Counted from the first letter of the stretch, positions 13,491 to 25,948 are shown. The stretch is 45,105 nucleotides of DNA from Schmidtea nova (GCA_044892505.1 CM097882.1:283978896-284024000), one strand, 5' to 3'. Notes: generated by a model not told the origin, from the sequence alone. Numbers and translations are program-made.

Positions 13491-13996
13491 GTTTAAAGAA
13501 TTTATATGTTATAAGTAATGTGATTTGGATAGGTCGATGAATATTCACAAATTAATAGTGGAACTTGAAGTTTCATTTTTATTTAAAAATCTTATTGACC
13601 CAATCTTTGTAATAAATAAATTATAAATTTTTTCAAAATTATCTTAATAGAAACTCATATCTATTAATAGCCATTAAAATTATTGAAATCTTTTATTTTG
13701 TTCACCTTTGGGTTTTTGATTTATGACTTCACTTATTTCTATTATTTCCACATAAAAATGTTTTCAATTTAACACAATCTTTGATACTGGTTTTTTAAAG
13801 TGTTATCTGAAAAGGATAGTGTCAAAAATTTGTATTAAATTTTAAATATTTTAATCTGTGGCCTAAAAGAATTAGAATGAACTAATCTTTGCACATTTTT
13901 AATGATTGTAATTAAGAGAATAGTGACCGTAAATTATATAATTTAATTCATGATTTAATTGTAAGGTGTTATTATATTAATAATCATAATTGTATG

Positions 13997-14410
13997 ACTA
14001 GATCAAAATATTTTGGGGTTTTTTGGTTGTTAAGTACATGATATTTCGACAAAGCCTTTATCAAGTGTTTATACACACTTGATAAAGACTGTGCCGAAAT
14101 ATCGTATACACTTAGTCCTCAATTTACACGATAGATTAGTTCCTCAAAATGCTGTGTAAATCGAAATTGTGTAAATTGAAACCGTACAATTAGTAATTAA
14201 ATATATATTTTATTGAAAAAATACGTGTTGAATCCAAATTAAAAGAATATATATTACAAATTTCTTTATTTTTTGATCGTGGTAAACTGAAAACTAGTGT
14301 AACATAAATGGAATTTTTCCGCATTTCTTCAATAGTGTTTAACTGAAACCGTACAAATCGAGTACCGTGTAAATCGAGGGCTAAGTGTACTTAACAACCA
14401 AAAACCCAAA
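13997..14410. mobile_element. Foldback MITE interrupted by a nested MITE
   Basis: Arms GGTTGTTAAGTACATGATATTTCGAC..CTTTATCAAG and CTTGATAAAG..GCCGAAATATCGTATA|CTTAACAACC; an uninterrupted relative lies at 15167-15305. Confidence 0.75.
14109..14387. mobile_element. Tc1/mariner-superfamily (Tigger-like) MITE nested in the foldback MITE
   Basis: TIR CACTTAGTCCTCAATTTACACG / CGTGTAAATCGAGGGCTAAGTG with TA duplication on both sides. Confidence 0.88.
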
Positions 14411-14480
14411 GAAAATTATTAATTTAATTATTATTTTAAAATTTGCAATTTATGTTTAGTTAAACATGTTATGTTTCTAG

Positions 14481-14618
14481 ACAACTCAAAGCAAATCTGA
14501 TTATTTAGAAGGAAACTATAAAGTAGAATTATTGAACTGTAAAAAACAAGCTAAATTATATTCTGAAAAATGCGAAGAATTAGAATCAAAAATTAATTTC
14601 CTCAATATTGCTCTAAGG
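14481..14618 (+). CDS. LCA5: Lebercilin-like protein, third recognised coding exon
   Basis: TTTCTAG acceptor and GTAAAT donor; 138 nt, phase 0; coiled-coil TTQSKSDYLEGNYKVELLNCKKQAK..FLNIALR in the expected position. Confidence 0.82.
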
Positions 14619-15166
14619 GTAAATATAAGAGTTGATTATGATTTTCTAAATTTATTTTCAATTTAAAATATTAGTATTATTTATATATTAGTTTGTCAAA
14701 TTTTATTATTATCAGTAAAATGATTTATCTTTATTCATTTTTATTTGTTCTTTATTTTCAATTTTATCTATCTTCATTTAGTTTCGACTTGACACTTACC
14801 ACGAATTTTTGGCTCTGTATTTCTTTTAATTATTTATTACTTGCTAAAGACAGTGCCGGAAATTTATTTTAAATAGAAAATATTGATCTATTATTAAAAA
14901 CTAAACGAAGATAAATAAAATATTTAGTTTTACCAGTTTTGTTAGTTTTTATATTTTACTGTGATATATAGTGAGGCCTGGTAATGAATGCTCAGGTTAT
15001 CGGGCTTGATTACAAAATTACTAGGTTCTATCCTTAGAGGACTTAATTAGCTGAAAACTAGTCTGTCATCATAAATTACATGAAGTGTCAAAGCATACTT
15101 TGTTTTAATTATATTTTGGTTAACTTTGATCTCTTTTTTAATTAAATAATTTTAATTTTTGTAAGA

Positions 15167-15305
15167 CTAGATCGAAATATTTTTTCTGGTTTTAAGTAGA
15201 CGATATTTCGACACAGCATTTATCAAGCGTGTTACATTAAATAGTAAAGAAATACAAACTTGATAAAGAGTGTGCCGAAATATCATGTACCTAACAACCA
15301 AATAA
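15167..15305. mobile_element. Second copy of the foldback MITE
   Basis: Shares the ACTAGATC.AAATATTTT start and the GATATTTCGAC / GCCGAAATATC arms with 13997-14410. Confidence 0.7.
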
Positions 15306-15559
15306 ATTTTGATTTATAGTCTTACAAAAGTTAATATGAAAATTATTGAATTAAAAAACAGATCAAAGGTGAAACCAAAAGATAATTATAAATTAATTAA
15401 TTAAATTTATATTATCGAATGATTAAATGACTAAGTGTGGTTTGTATGTTTGATAATTTATTTATAATTGTTTTTAGATGAATTTTTATACAAATAAGTG
15501 TAAGTGTCCAAACAATAAAGAATAAGGTATATACATTAATTTAGTATAAAAATATAATT

Positions 15560-15850
15560 ACACATAAATTATCACAATTACCAAAAAACCCTAATAAATG
15601 AAATATTAACACTATCTAATGCAAAGGCCATTCTATCAAATGAGAAACCCTATATTCAGTATAACATTAAATAAATCACCAAAAACACTTATAAATGAAA
15701 TATTAACACTATCTAATGCAAAGGTCATACTATCAAATGATAAACCCTATATTCAGTATAATATTAAATAAATTATCACAATCACCAAAAACACTGATAA
15801 ATGAAATATTAACACTAACTAATGCAAAGGTCATACTAGCGAATGAGATA
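15560..15850. repeat. About 100-bp tandem repeat, ~3 copies (further dispersed copy near 25380-25445)
   Basis: AAATGAAATATTAACACTATCTAATGCAAAGG recurs near 15596, 15692 and 15798. Confidence 0.85.
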
Positions 15851-16045
15851 CCTGATATAGATAATTCTTGAATAAAATTTATTTTATTTCATAATTATCT
15901 TGCACTTTTTAGTTCAGAATAAATATAGCATTAAAACAGTCAATAAAATAAAATACATTAGATACCGCTTAATAAAATTTTATCTTTTAATTTTATAATT
16001 CGAAATATATTTTCTGTAATTTATTAAGTAAAACTTTTCTTTAAG

Positions 16046-16240
16046 GAAAAAGAAAAACTTTTAGAAATTCAAAACATATATTCAAATCGGTTTAAGAAAC
16101 CAAAGTTGTCAAGAAAATGTGAAGATGTCTCTTCTCGATCTAACTGCACAATTACAAATAAAGAAAAAACTATGAAATCACATATCCCGCCGGAAACCAA
16201 GTTTTTGTCTTGCATTGACAAATACGATAACTTAAAAAAG
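16046..16240 (+). CDS. LCA5: Lebercilin-like protein, fourth recognised coding exon (later exons not located)
   Basis: TCTTTAAG acceptor and GTCAGT donor; 195 nt, phase 0; EKEKLLEIQNIYSNRF matches lebercilin EKERELDIKNIYSNR. Confidence 0.9.
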
Positions 16241-16447
16241 GTCAGTTGCAAATCTTTTCAAAATTTTGCTCACTTTAATTAACCTCTTCGGGATCATCGA
16301 CACGTATTGTGTACGTTGGGCTTTTTTGAAATTAAAATTACTTACAGTAAAATTAATTTTCTGCAGAATTTCTTAATTAATTTTAAATAATTTTGTTTTT
16401 TGAACTTTTTCCACTTCCTATTTTTCACTGCAAAAGAAAAGTGTTAT

Positions 16448-16663
16448 TCAATAAATCTTCAAGTAATCTTCAATATATTCCAGCAAATTATTATCTCCCA
16501 TATTGATATACATTCTGTTGTTTAGGATTCTCATCTTAGTTGCCTTCTTTAAAAATAAATTGCATTCTGATTTTGTGCCGAAATTAGGTATATTCCCGCT
16601 ATTTAAAAAGTTTACATAAGACTGATGTTCTTCTTCCGTATTTATTTGAATTATTGCTGGCAT
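16448..16663 (-). pseudogene. Fragment resembling the N-terminal region of Gypsy-like/Ginger integrases
   Basis: YVNFLNSGNIP...NLFLKKATKMRILNNRMY resembles Y..yL..G..P...frrkA..f.l.dg.Ly; no catalytic core seen. Confidence 0.35.
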
Positions 16664-17386
16664 GAGACTTATGAAAGAAATAATTTATATATAATTTTTA
16701 ATAGATTTTTAACATTTTTTAAACTTAATATTAATTTTTGGTATTTTCATTAGGCATCATTTTTATTAGACACAAAAAAGCTTTGCGTTCTTATCAATAA
16801 ACACACGTTTTATGTATATTATATTATGTATATTATATAAGGTTTTAGTGACGTATAGTACTTGTCTTGTATGTTATGTGATTTTATTGTAATTGAATAT
16901 TAGATAGCCCTGACCCTATGATGCAATATGTAAGCAAAATAATTATTGTGTTGAATGCTTGCATTTACAAAAATATAACTAAGTAGCAATTAAAGTTTTT
17001 ATTTAAAGCAAGCAAGGTATGCTTGAATTGAATTTTTACTAGTCTGGCGGATCGCGAAAAGTTTACTTTTTTAAAAGTGTATACATATTGTTGGTGTATT
17101 TGTTGTTAAAAATTATTATTACTAGGGATTTCTGTAACACAATCATGAAAATGTTATATTTTCCTCACTCGTCTACCCATCTATGTTGGTAATGTACATA
17201 GTCGTGCGAGAATTCCATGAGCAGACAAGCATTGTTGCAAAAACTGCTCTTCATTTTATTTTCTCTTTCGGCTTTTTTCTTCCGCTAGAAATTCTTACAA
17301 TTAAATTGACTCTACTTTTAAGGTCCTATTAACTTATCAACTCATGGCTTTCAATAACATCGCTTTATGCTATCTAACATAAACAC

Positions 17387-17822
17387 TGTAGTGCCTCCGT
17401 CATATATATCTTTATATTGTAATATATTAAAAATATTCATTTATGTTAAATTTAACATATTCTTATATATAAAAACACAAGTGAGTTGTTTAAATATCCA
17501 AATAAAACCAGCAGAATTTAAAATTAGAAGAAAAAAAGGACTTGAAGCATTTCAAAGCAGAATTTAAAATTAGAGGAAAAAAAGCACTTGCAGCATTTCA
17601 AAGTAGAAGAAAATAAATCACTTTAAGAAAATGTATTCAGATATAGATTTGCAACCTGCTACTGTTGTAGCGCTACAAAAACTCAGATGTTTTCTCACGG
17701 ATACTAAAAAGAACAAGCAATGTTACTTAAAAATAAATATTTTATTAGTGTTTATTTTGTATTTTATCTTTTATCCGATTATGACAAATACAAAACGGGG
17801 TATAGAAATACAGAGCCCCACA
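17387..17822 (+). repeat. 5' LTR (436 bp, TG...CA)
   Basis: TGTAGTG...CCCCACA; direct repeat of 20176-20602; contains an internal ~46-bp duplication. Confidence 0.92.
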
Positions 17823-17824
17823 AT

Positions 17825-17835
17825 TGGTGTCAGAA
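17825..17835 (+). promoter_or_regulatory. Primer binding site, tRNA-Leu type
   Basis: TGGTGTCAGAA, 2 nt after the LTR-terminal CA. Confidence 0.85.
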
Positions 17836-18431
17836 CTGACCACTACAGTCCAATGTTTCAATCACATCAAAATTCTATGCCTCCTCAATCAACGATTAAT
17901 CAACAGCCTGACCACTTTGTAATCGTAGCTTCGCAATACCAATCATATTCTGAGCAACAATTGCCCATTAATACTACCAATAACGGACCTATACAACGGA
18001 AAGTTCACCAAATAAGTTATCAACATTGAGCAGCATCAAATGTTAATGCACAAATGCAATTCCAACATCAACATCAAGTATCTCAACCGATTAGTCCTAG
18101 GAGTACAGATGCTTCTAATCACCAAAGCGACATGTCAGAAATTAACTATACCACAGCAGTGTCAATTTCAAGCAACCAACCAAATTATATTATGTTTCCC
18201 GATGCAAACCACATGGCAATATGTATTATTTATTATATTTATATTGAAAAAATTTTATTTATATTTATCATAATTTTATATATATTATTTAATAAATTTA
18301 TTTATAAAATTACCCTTCCCGTTTTCTCTATTCCGCCTTTCTTTCGCCCTTTAACTCCAAAACACACTCATAATCCTAACCTAGATCCAATACACGATAA
18401 CGATTCTTTCGCCAAAACCACACCGATACTA

Positions 18432-19511
18432 CCAGCCTATATCCTCACGCGTTTTAATAACAGAATGCGGGAAATCGCCGTTACTTCCGATATACACGCC
18501 GACATTGACACATCGCTTCGCATTGACAAGACCTCATTCTACGTGTCGTGCAATGGTTCTTTAGTCTCCTCTTCTACCCAGCTACAGTCTAATTCAATCT
18601 TGGACATCAACTGTCACATCCTAGGAGGTGGTAGAATCACAACAGAGCTATTTTTCTCATCCGGATTCCGCTCTATTCTGTTTTTTCTGGACCCGGGCGG
18701 TACACCTTCTTCGTGGTTTCGGATCTTTGAAGCGCGTACGTCTTCCTCTCCAAATTCACGAGCAGATTACCTCCTCGACAGTTTACTTGCCGAATTGATA
18801 GCCGAACTAGCCCCGAAAATTGCTGATGCTCTTGACGCAGGAAATCTATACGAAAGCTTAAAAAATCTAATTACGACCAAACACACTTCTTCACAGACCC
18901 AAGCTCTAAAAAAACTATTGGCGCCACAGATTTACTCAGGCCAACAGCCTAGTCTCTTTTTGGGAGAGATAGTTCGTTCAAACGATGCGGCAGTATCCGG
19001 TCTTTCTAAAAACGCACCTATTCCTTTCTGCACTCCCCTACCATCTACAAACTTTTCTGGCATTGGTTGACTCTGAAGATCCATATCACCTTGCGAAGAT
19101 TGCTGACAGCATTCACGCACTGCAACCATATAAACCCAGCGGAGATATTTACGCAGCACCTCCACTACCCCACCGTTAACGCAGCGCATACACTTCATAA
19201 CCCTTTCCTCGGACAGTTGAAAGATATCCCAACGACACTGCTCCATCACATGATGCACAGCATCCCAATCACCTACCAACAACACGCGCACAAAACATGC
19301 AATCAATAACAGCGCCACACTAATCTGTTTTTATCATAGCAGATTTAGACAGCATGCACAAAAATGCTGCATCGGTTGCATGTCTGAATTTCGCCCCCAT
19401 CAAAGTCCAACCATTCCAGTTTGTATCCATCATCATCTCTTCAAGAACGATGCCAGATCGTGCCTTGACGGATGCACATGGCGCACAAGCGACTACCATC
19501 CACCAAAACAC
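18432..19511 (+). pseudogene. Ubiquitin-like domain fused to Gag with two C-x2-H-x8/9-C-x3-C fingers (frameshifted)
   Basis: Ubl ..SFYVSCNGSLV..LQSNSILDINCHILGG (18432-18629); Gag PSSWFRIFEAR..QQPSLFL; FLSALPYHLQTFLA..LAKIADSI (18985 frame); ICFYHSRFRQHAQKCCIGC and VCIHHHLFKNDARSCLDGC. Confidence 0.8.
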
Positions 19512-20163
19512 TAATCAAGTCATCGGATATTTTTGGACGCTACGATAACTCCCCGCCAGTGAATTGCCTTTCTCACAGCCAACCATGTCCAACGCATACA
19601 CGATTAACTCCGTCAGCTAGCATCATATCAGAAACAACCACTACTCTCTCCACAGTACTATTTTCTCACACAACACCACCACCAATACCAATACAGGAAC
19701 CAACACTAGAACAAGAACCAACCAGCTCACCTCGCACAACACTTGCAAGAGCACCAACAAAAACTTCACCCAGCACACCGCACACAGCACCATCCGCATC
19801 ACTACCAGCTGCAGCATCCATAATACCATCAAAAACACCACTAACAATACCACAAGCATCGCTAACCTTTTCCGACAACGAAACCCACACAGACTACACA
19901 CACATTCTACCACAGTCGCCACAAACCGCATTTCCGTCATTGCTCTCACCAACACTTATCGTCACGATGGAAACATACTCGTCCTTTTCAATACTACCTA
20001 CCGCTTTCATCGCAGACACATCTTGCTCATCATCCGCCCTAGCCGCGAAAGGTACACACAAACTGCTCTCCGGTATAAGAACAATTGAGTTTCGTCCTCC
20101 AAGTATTTTTTACTCCGACCCTTGAATACCGTTTTGTCTTTTCCCATACGCTTGGCGTACTTC

Positions 20164-20171
20164 GGCGGGGA
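20164..20171 (+). promoter_or_regulatory. Short polypurine tract
   Basis: GGCGGGGA just upstream of the 3' LTR. Confidence 0.6.
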
Positions 20172-20175
20172 CTAT

Positions 20176-20602
20176 TGTAGTGCATCCGTCATATATATCT
20201 TTATATTGTAATATATTAAAAATATTCATATATATTAAATTAAACATATGCTTATATATAAAAAACAAGTGAGTTGTTTAAATATCCAAATAAAACCAGC
20301 AAAATTTAAAATTAGAAGAAAAAAGCACTTGAAGCATTTCAAAGCAGAATTTAAAATTAGAGGAAAAAAAAGCACTTGCAGCATTTCAAAGTAGAAGAAA
20401 ATAAAGCACTTTAAGAAAATGTATTCAGATATAGATTTACAACCTGCTACTGTTGTAGCGCTACAAAAACTCAGATGTTTTCTCACGGATACTAAAAAGA
20501 ACAAGCAATGTTACTTAAAAATAAATATTTTATTAGTGTTTATTTTGTATTTTATCTTTTATCCGATTAAGACAAATACAGAACGGGGTACAGAAATACA
20601 GA
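20176..20602 (+). repeat. 3' LTR (last ~8-10 bp missing)
   Basis: Aligns to the 5' LTR with roughly 15 differences by eye; diverges before the terminal GCCCCACA, so no TSD can be checked. Confidence 0.9.
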
Positions 20603-21962
20603 AATATATGATTTAATAAAATGATGGGCAGAAAACTCGACCCGACGGTTCCGTTCAAGATCTTCCACCCGATTGGGAACTCGCTGCCGATAAGCCGACA
20701 GAGAATTAAATAGAAATATTTATAATTTAATTTGTATATTTATTTTACTAAATGAATTATTTACTTGTTTTTCGGTAAAATTAACTTTAAAATTTATTTC
20801 ATTTATTTTCTAAAGGTTTTCTGTTAATTCTAATAAAACTAGGCGTGTATTCAACATGGCGACATTTTGCTTGTGTTAATTAATTGAATAATCAAATCTT
20901 TCTATTTTATATCGACACTTATGAGATGCGTTTAATATTCATACTTTTTGTGCTTATTTTGGTTTTAATATCCTATGTTCCCCTTGTGCCATTTTACTGT
21001 TTAGTGCTCTTATATGTTATCATGAGCTTTAAATTCGCCTCTTTTTATGTGTACTCATCCTTCGATACATTGAAACAGAAATTTAATTTTACTCCCACCA
21101 GCTTAACAATTATTATATCTTGATTTTCTAGGTCTTCAGATAAATGTTTATTGTTTATCGTAATGATACCCAATAATATACGTATTGTAGACACACAAGT
21201 AATTATATGATAAACCTCAAATTAATCTTTGTTTTGAATAATTCTTGGATAAATTTTATTTGACATCATTTTTATTAGTCTTAAACTATGTCAAATTCAA
21301 GTGAAGGTGGCTTAATTTGTCACTGCAGCAAATTAACCTTTCCTTTGAGGAAAAAGGTATTTCATATAAGCTTTTTAGAAACATGCCTTGAAGATAGAAT
21401 TTTCCCTTCGTTTATTCATAAGAAAACGTTATATGATTGCCTCTCAAAAAGTGATATTTGAAAATTACATTTGAAGGTACTTGGACGGCACTTGAGGCAC
21501 TGAACATTTGATGAAAAGAAATAACAACTCAGCTATCGTCAATCTGGTTAATGTTGTATGGGATGATTGTTTTAGTTTATGTATAAAAATGGTCATTAAT
21601 TTATTTCTCTGATATTTGATCCTAAACATGGTAGTTTGATTATCCCAATCGGTCATTTCATCTGCCAGACATTCAAGCGCATCAAAATATGAAATGAGGA
21701 GTTATCGCTATAGTATTGATTTTTAAGTGCAAATATATTTTAAAAAGGGCTAATATTTATTTTAGGTGCGAAATTCGCTTTTTGCCCGAAAATCTTAGAT
21801 TTCCGCTTGGTTACCCACGATTTGTCAAAATCTTTGCTTGGCGATGGATAAAATAAAAACTGTAAAATTTTGAGTTTTTATTTTTAGTGCAAATATATTT
21901 TTTTAAATGCTAATATCGATTTAAAAGTGCAATTATCGATTTGAAAGTGCTAAAAGGTAGTA

Positions 21963-22178
21963 CAGGAATACCTCGCATAGTACGGTTTCGATCAGTACGG
22001 TTTCTCTATAGTACGGTTTTGAAATTTTCAAAATATGATTATAATCACGATTTTTAAATTTCTTAATAGGGGTACTAAGCCGTAAATTTATTAGCGCCAG
22101 AATGCCTCGAATAGTCCGGTTTCAAATAGTACGGCTAAATTCCAGAACCGATTAACCGTACTGTTCGAGGTATTCCTG
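21963..22178. mobile_element. Tigger-like MITE
   Basis: 23-bp TIR CAGGAATACCTCGCATAGTACGG / CCGTACTGTTCGAGGTATTCCTG with TA TSD. Confidence 0.92.
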
Positions 22179-23019
22179 TACTGTAAAATCGATAATAACA
22201 CTAAAAGTGATAATCTTTATTTTAAAGTGCTATTATCGGAAACACCATTATTAAGTTCTATTGTGAAAGATTGTGAATAAACTAACATTGATGAAAAATT
22301 TGAATGTGAAATGAAATAGTGTACAGATTATGCTTATCAAGATTAATGTTAAATAAATGTTCCAAGTTGTGTTAAAATAACTGTGATAAATTTTTTTTGA
22401 TAAATTTTTATTAAATGTAATAAATATAATTAAACATTATTAAACATTAATTAAACACATTTTTTTACCAAAAACATGATTGTATTTCTTTTATATGTTT
22501 GATTGGTTAGTAAATAAAATAGTTCATGATGTAAAATATTTAATTGGTTCATCAACACTAAATACAGAAAACTATTTTTCAATTATTGTATAATGACAAA
22601 ATTTTCAGAAACGGGTAAATATGTGCTTCACTATTTTATTATTATTAATCTTTTAGAATTTAGAGTTTAAGTTCTTGTTAATAAAATTGTTGAGATTTAT
22701 CCAGCAATTAAAGATGAAATCTTGAATTGTGCTCCAGAAATCGCTACCGTAAAAATCTATCAATTTATTGGAATCAATATTGAACGCATTATATTCCATC
22801 ATAGATTTCTGATATATGGATTCGAAAAACAAAAATTAGTTTGTCCGAGAAAATGTCAAGCATATGTTGATTACAAACGAAAAAAACTGTAAATATTTTA
22901 GTTAAGGAACTTTTCAAATATCCTTAAAACGCATGTTTTGATTAACCTAGTTATTAGTTGAAAATTATTGTCTTTATATAATGTTGTTGTAAAAATAGAT
23001 TATTAACATAAAATTGATT

Positions 23020-24090
23020 CAAAAGTTATTATCGGGGTTTTGTAGAGAAATAAATTACAAGTTGGAAAAGGTAAAAATATGTTGAAAAATAGTTTGAGAT
23101 TTTGAAAAAAAAAATCAAAGTGCAGTTGGCACAAAATTTTAAAATCAATATTCTAATAAAAGTTTAAATAGAATCTTGTAGAGAATTAAATTGTGAATAG
23201 AACGAGCTCTATAATTGTTGAAAATAATATCCAACAGTTGCAGAAATCTTGAATTGTACCGTGTCAAAATAAAAATCACTTATATACCTAAATTAAGATA
23301 TGGTATTATAGAGAATAAGTTTTCAAAATAATTGATGTAATAAAATGTTAAAAAATTATATGAGTATATGAAAAAGATGAAGTGCACAGTGTGCAAAATA
23401 TTAATATTATAACAAACTTCTATATATCAACTTGTAGAGGATAATTTTTCAAATAAAATTAACTATAAAATACTTGATAATAAGTGCAAAAACTTATAAA
23501 ATATTTGAAATTTACAATGTACCAAAAATTAAAAATTGATATTATTACAAAAGTTTTAAATCATCTTGTAAAGAATACTTTTTCTGATAGATTGAGATAT
23601 AAATCTCTTGAAAGTAATTTTTAGCACCTATGAAAAAGTTGTAGTGCAGTGAGTGCCAAATTTAAAAATCAATATTATATCAAAACTTTATATATTGTTG
23701 AGAATATTTTCTTTCTAATAGATTGAGCTATAAATCTCTTGATAATAAGTGCAAAAACTTACAGAAAAGTTGAAGTGTACAGAGTGCCAAAAATACAAAT
23801 CAATATTATTATAAAAATTTATATACCGTCTCGTAGAGAAAAGTTTTTTTAAGAATGAGTTATAAATCTCTTGAACATAATTTCGAGCACTCATGTAAGA
23901 GTTGAAGTGCAGTGGATGCAAAATAAAAAATTCTTGTTTTAACAAAATTTCTAGATTGGCAGGAAGAGCACTTGATTTCAAACATGTGACGTAAAAATTA
24001 ACTCTATAAGTTGTTGCAGTTGCTGGGAAAAATAAAGTATTTGAATAACAATATTTTACAAAATATTTTTGGTGCAATTGATGAGGCACT
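23020..24090. repeat. Degenerate ~130-bp tandem array (~8 units)
   Basis: CTTGTAGAGAA..TATAAATCTCTTGA..GTGCA motifs recur near 23040, 23176, 23297, 23432, 23564, 23696 and 23832. Confidence 0.65.
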
Positions 24091-24699
24091 AGTTTTTGAG
24101 TCGAATGATACTAGACGCATTTAAATTTGTCCAGTAGATTACTCGGAATTTTGAATTTAGTGGAGATCGATAATCAACCCTTGATCCCATTTCCAAATTT
24201 TAAATTATATGGTAATTTATGTTGCACAAAAATCATGGAAAAATTAAATTTTTCATAATTTTTCAAGCAATTATTATTACAGGGGAACCGGACGCACTAC
24301 CCCATAATTTGATTCAATAAAATTCCTAGAAAACCTGTAACCCTATGAAAAATGTGATTTGTGCACAAAATTTGCCATTTTGCACTTTTTTACTTAAAAA
24401 TCGATAGTAACACTTAAAATAAAGTGCAGCACTTTTTAAATTATATATGTACTTGAAAATCCATAGTAGCACTTTTAATCAACAGATTTTTTTGATTTTT
24501 TTTTAACGCGCGATAACGTGTTGCACCGTCGCCAATCAAAAACTGACAAATCTTGGGTAACCAAAAAACACGTTGTTGATCCTTAAAATCAATATTATCA
24601 CTGTTTTAAAATATATTTGCACTTCACAATCAATACTACCGTGATAACTCACCAATCAAACGCGCGAAAACTTATCAATCACTAGGGGGCTTGATAATT

Positions 24700-25170
24700 C
24701 ATACTGATTTACGGGGCTCACATCTACCTACTCTCTTACAAGATTTAAAATATTTTTCTTGCATAAATAACAAAATCTAAATGCATTGAATGAATATTTT
24801 TCATCCAAAGTGAGTGGTGACATTGGTTTCCCCCCTTGCAATAATAATATGGAAACACAATTTTTGTAGTTATCCTCAACTTTCATCAAAAATTCAAATA
24901 CACAATTTCCATCAATGAATTGATAATGGTTAACTATAATGGAAAAACTTTGAGATAATAATAATCCAGCAAAAATTAGTAAATGTTTTTGAAAGTGAGA
25001 ATCATCTACTGATAGAATAGATTCAAAATCTACATAAATAACATATGGATGTGTTATTATTTTTGTTACTTTTTTTTGTTATTATTTTTGACCAATTATG
25101 AAATTCAAAATTTTATTTTTGGGTAAGATAAAGAATATTATTTCCAATTGATTCTTTTAACAATTCTGCA
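24700..25170 (-). pseudogene. Maverick/Polinton protein-primed DNA polymerase B remnant
   Basis: Minus strand reads HPYVIYVDFESILS..FQKH, GNCVFEFL, KPMSPLTLDEKYSF..FCYLCKK; matches Maverick pPolB motifs PFVIYADFESIL and PM..LT.EE..F....CHIC.K. Confidence 0.75.
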
Positions 25171-25948
25171 TAATATAATTATAATGAAATAACCAATAGT
25201 TACTAAAAAATAAAATGTTACAAATTTTAAAATTAATTTATATATACAAGTTTATGTAATTTTACTTTAATTCTTTAATTACATACATTGATTTAAATCA
25301 TTTAAATTAATAGTTAAAGAAAGTAGTTATAATTAACTATATTTGACATTAAAAAAACTCTAGTGAAAATTTAATACTATTAAATGAAACATTAACACTA
25401 TTAAATGCAAAGGTCATACTAATAAATGAGAAACTCTATATGCAGTTATTATAAATGCATAAGTTTTATTGGTAGCATAAAATTTCATAAATTATGATTA
25501 GCAAATAATTACTTTTGTCGTTTGTTAGATTTTTAATTGTGTAAAAACTGATTAAATGAATAATTAGAATATTTTACTTTAGAAAAACGAATATTCTCAA
25601 CAAATTGTTTTTCAAGGTTAGATTTCGGTTATTAGATTAATATTGGAAATCATATTACTAGGCTTTTTTGCTTTAGATACCTAAAGACTTCAAGAAATAT
25701 AAATAAATAATTTATTGAATATTTATAATTTCCCTTTTCAAATTTTCTTTTCCCGCCTTAATACATAAACATATCTAAAAATCTAACAAATTCACGACAT
25801 AATAAGTACTAATGTTTATTATTCAAATTAAAATGCTTTATTCATATTTATTGCTGATTAATAGAACATTCGTTTTTATTTTGCGTTAAAATATGATGAG
25901 AGAATGTACTTTGACTGTCATAGAAGTCATATTTATGTACCTAAGACT

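Larger units (their letters stand above)
17387..20602 (+). mobile_element. Non-autonomous (gag-only) Gypsy-type LTR retroelement, ~3.2 kb
   Basis: Two LTRs, PBS, PPT and Gag motifs are present; no protease, RT, RNaseH or integrase core found. Confidence 0.9.
21699..24650. mobile_element. Foldback-like non-autonomous element with long degenerate inverted arms
   Basis: GAGTTATCGCTATAGTATTGATTTTTAAGTGCAAATATATT (21699) is inverted at ~24610-24650; TTGGTTACCCACGATTTGTC (~21810) is inverted at ~24545-24565; outer ends and TSD not resolved. Confidence 0.6.

Noticed and set aside
17631-18029. ORFs beginning MYSDIDLQ (also 20419-20616)
   Set aside because: They start inside the LTR copies; chance frames duplicated with the LTR
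20626-20710. Short frame DGQKTRPDGSVQDLPPDWELAADKPTEN*
   Set aside because: GC-rich and coding-like but too short to assign, and no splice acceptor is evident
22671-22892. 73-codon open frame as terminal lebercilin exon
   Set aside because: No phase-0 acceptor and no recognisable similarity; it lies inside a repeat element
23715-24089. 124-aa minus-strand ORF as a repeat protein (e.g. LRR)
   Set aside because: Neighbouring repeat units contain stops in all frames; better explained as a non-coding tandem array
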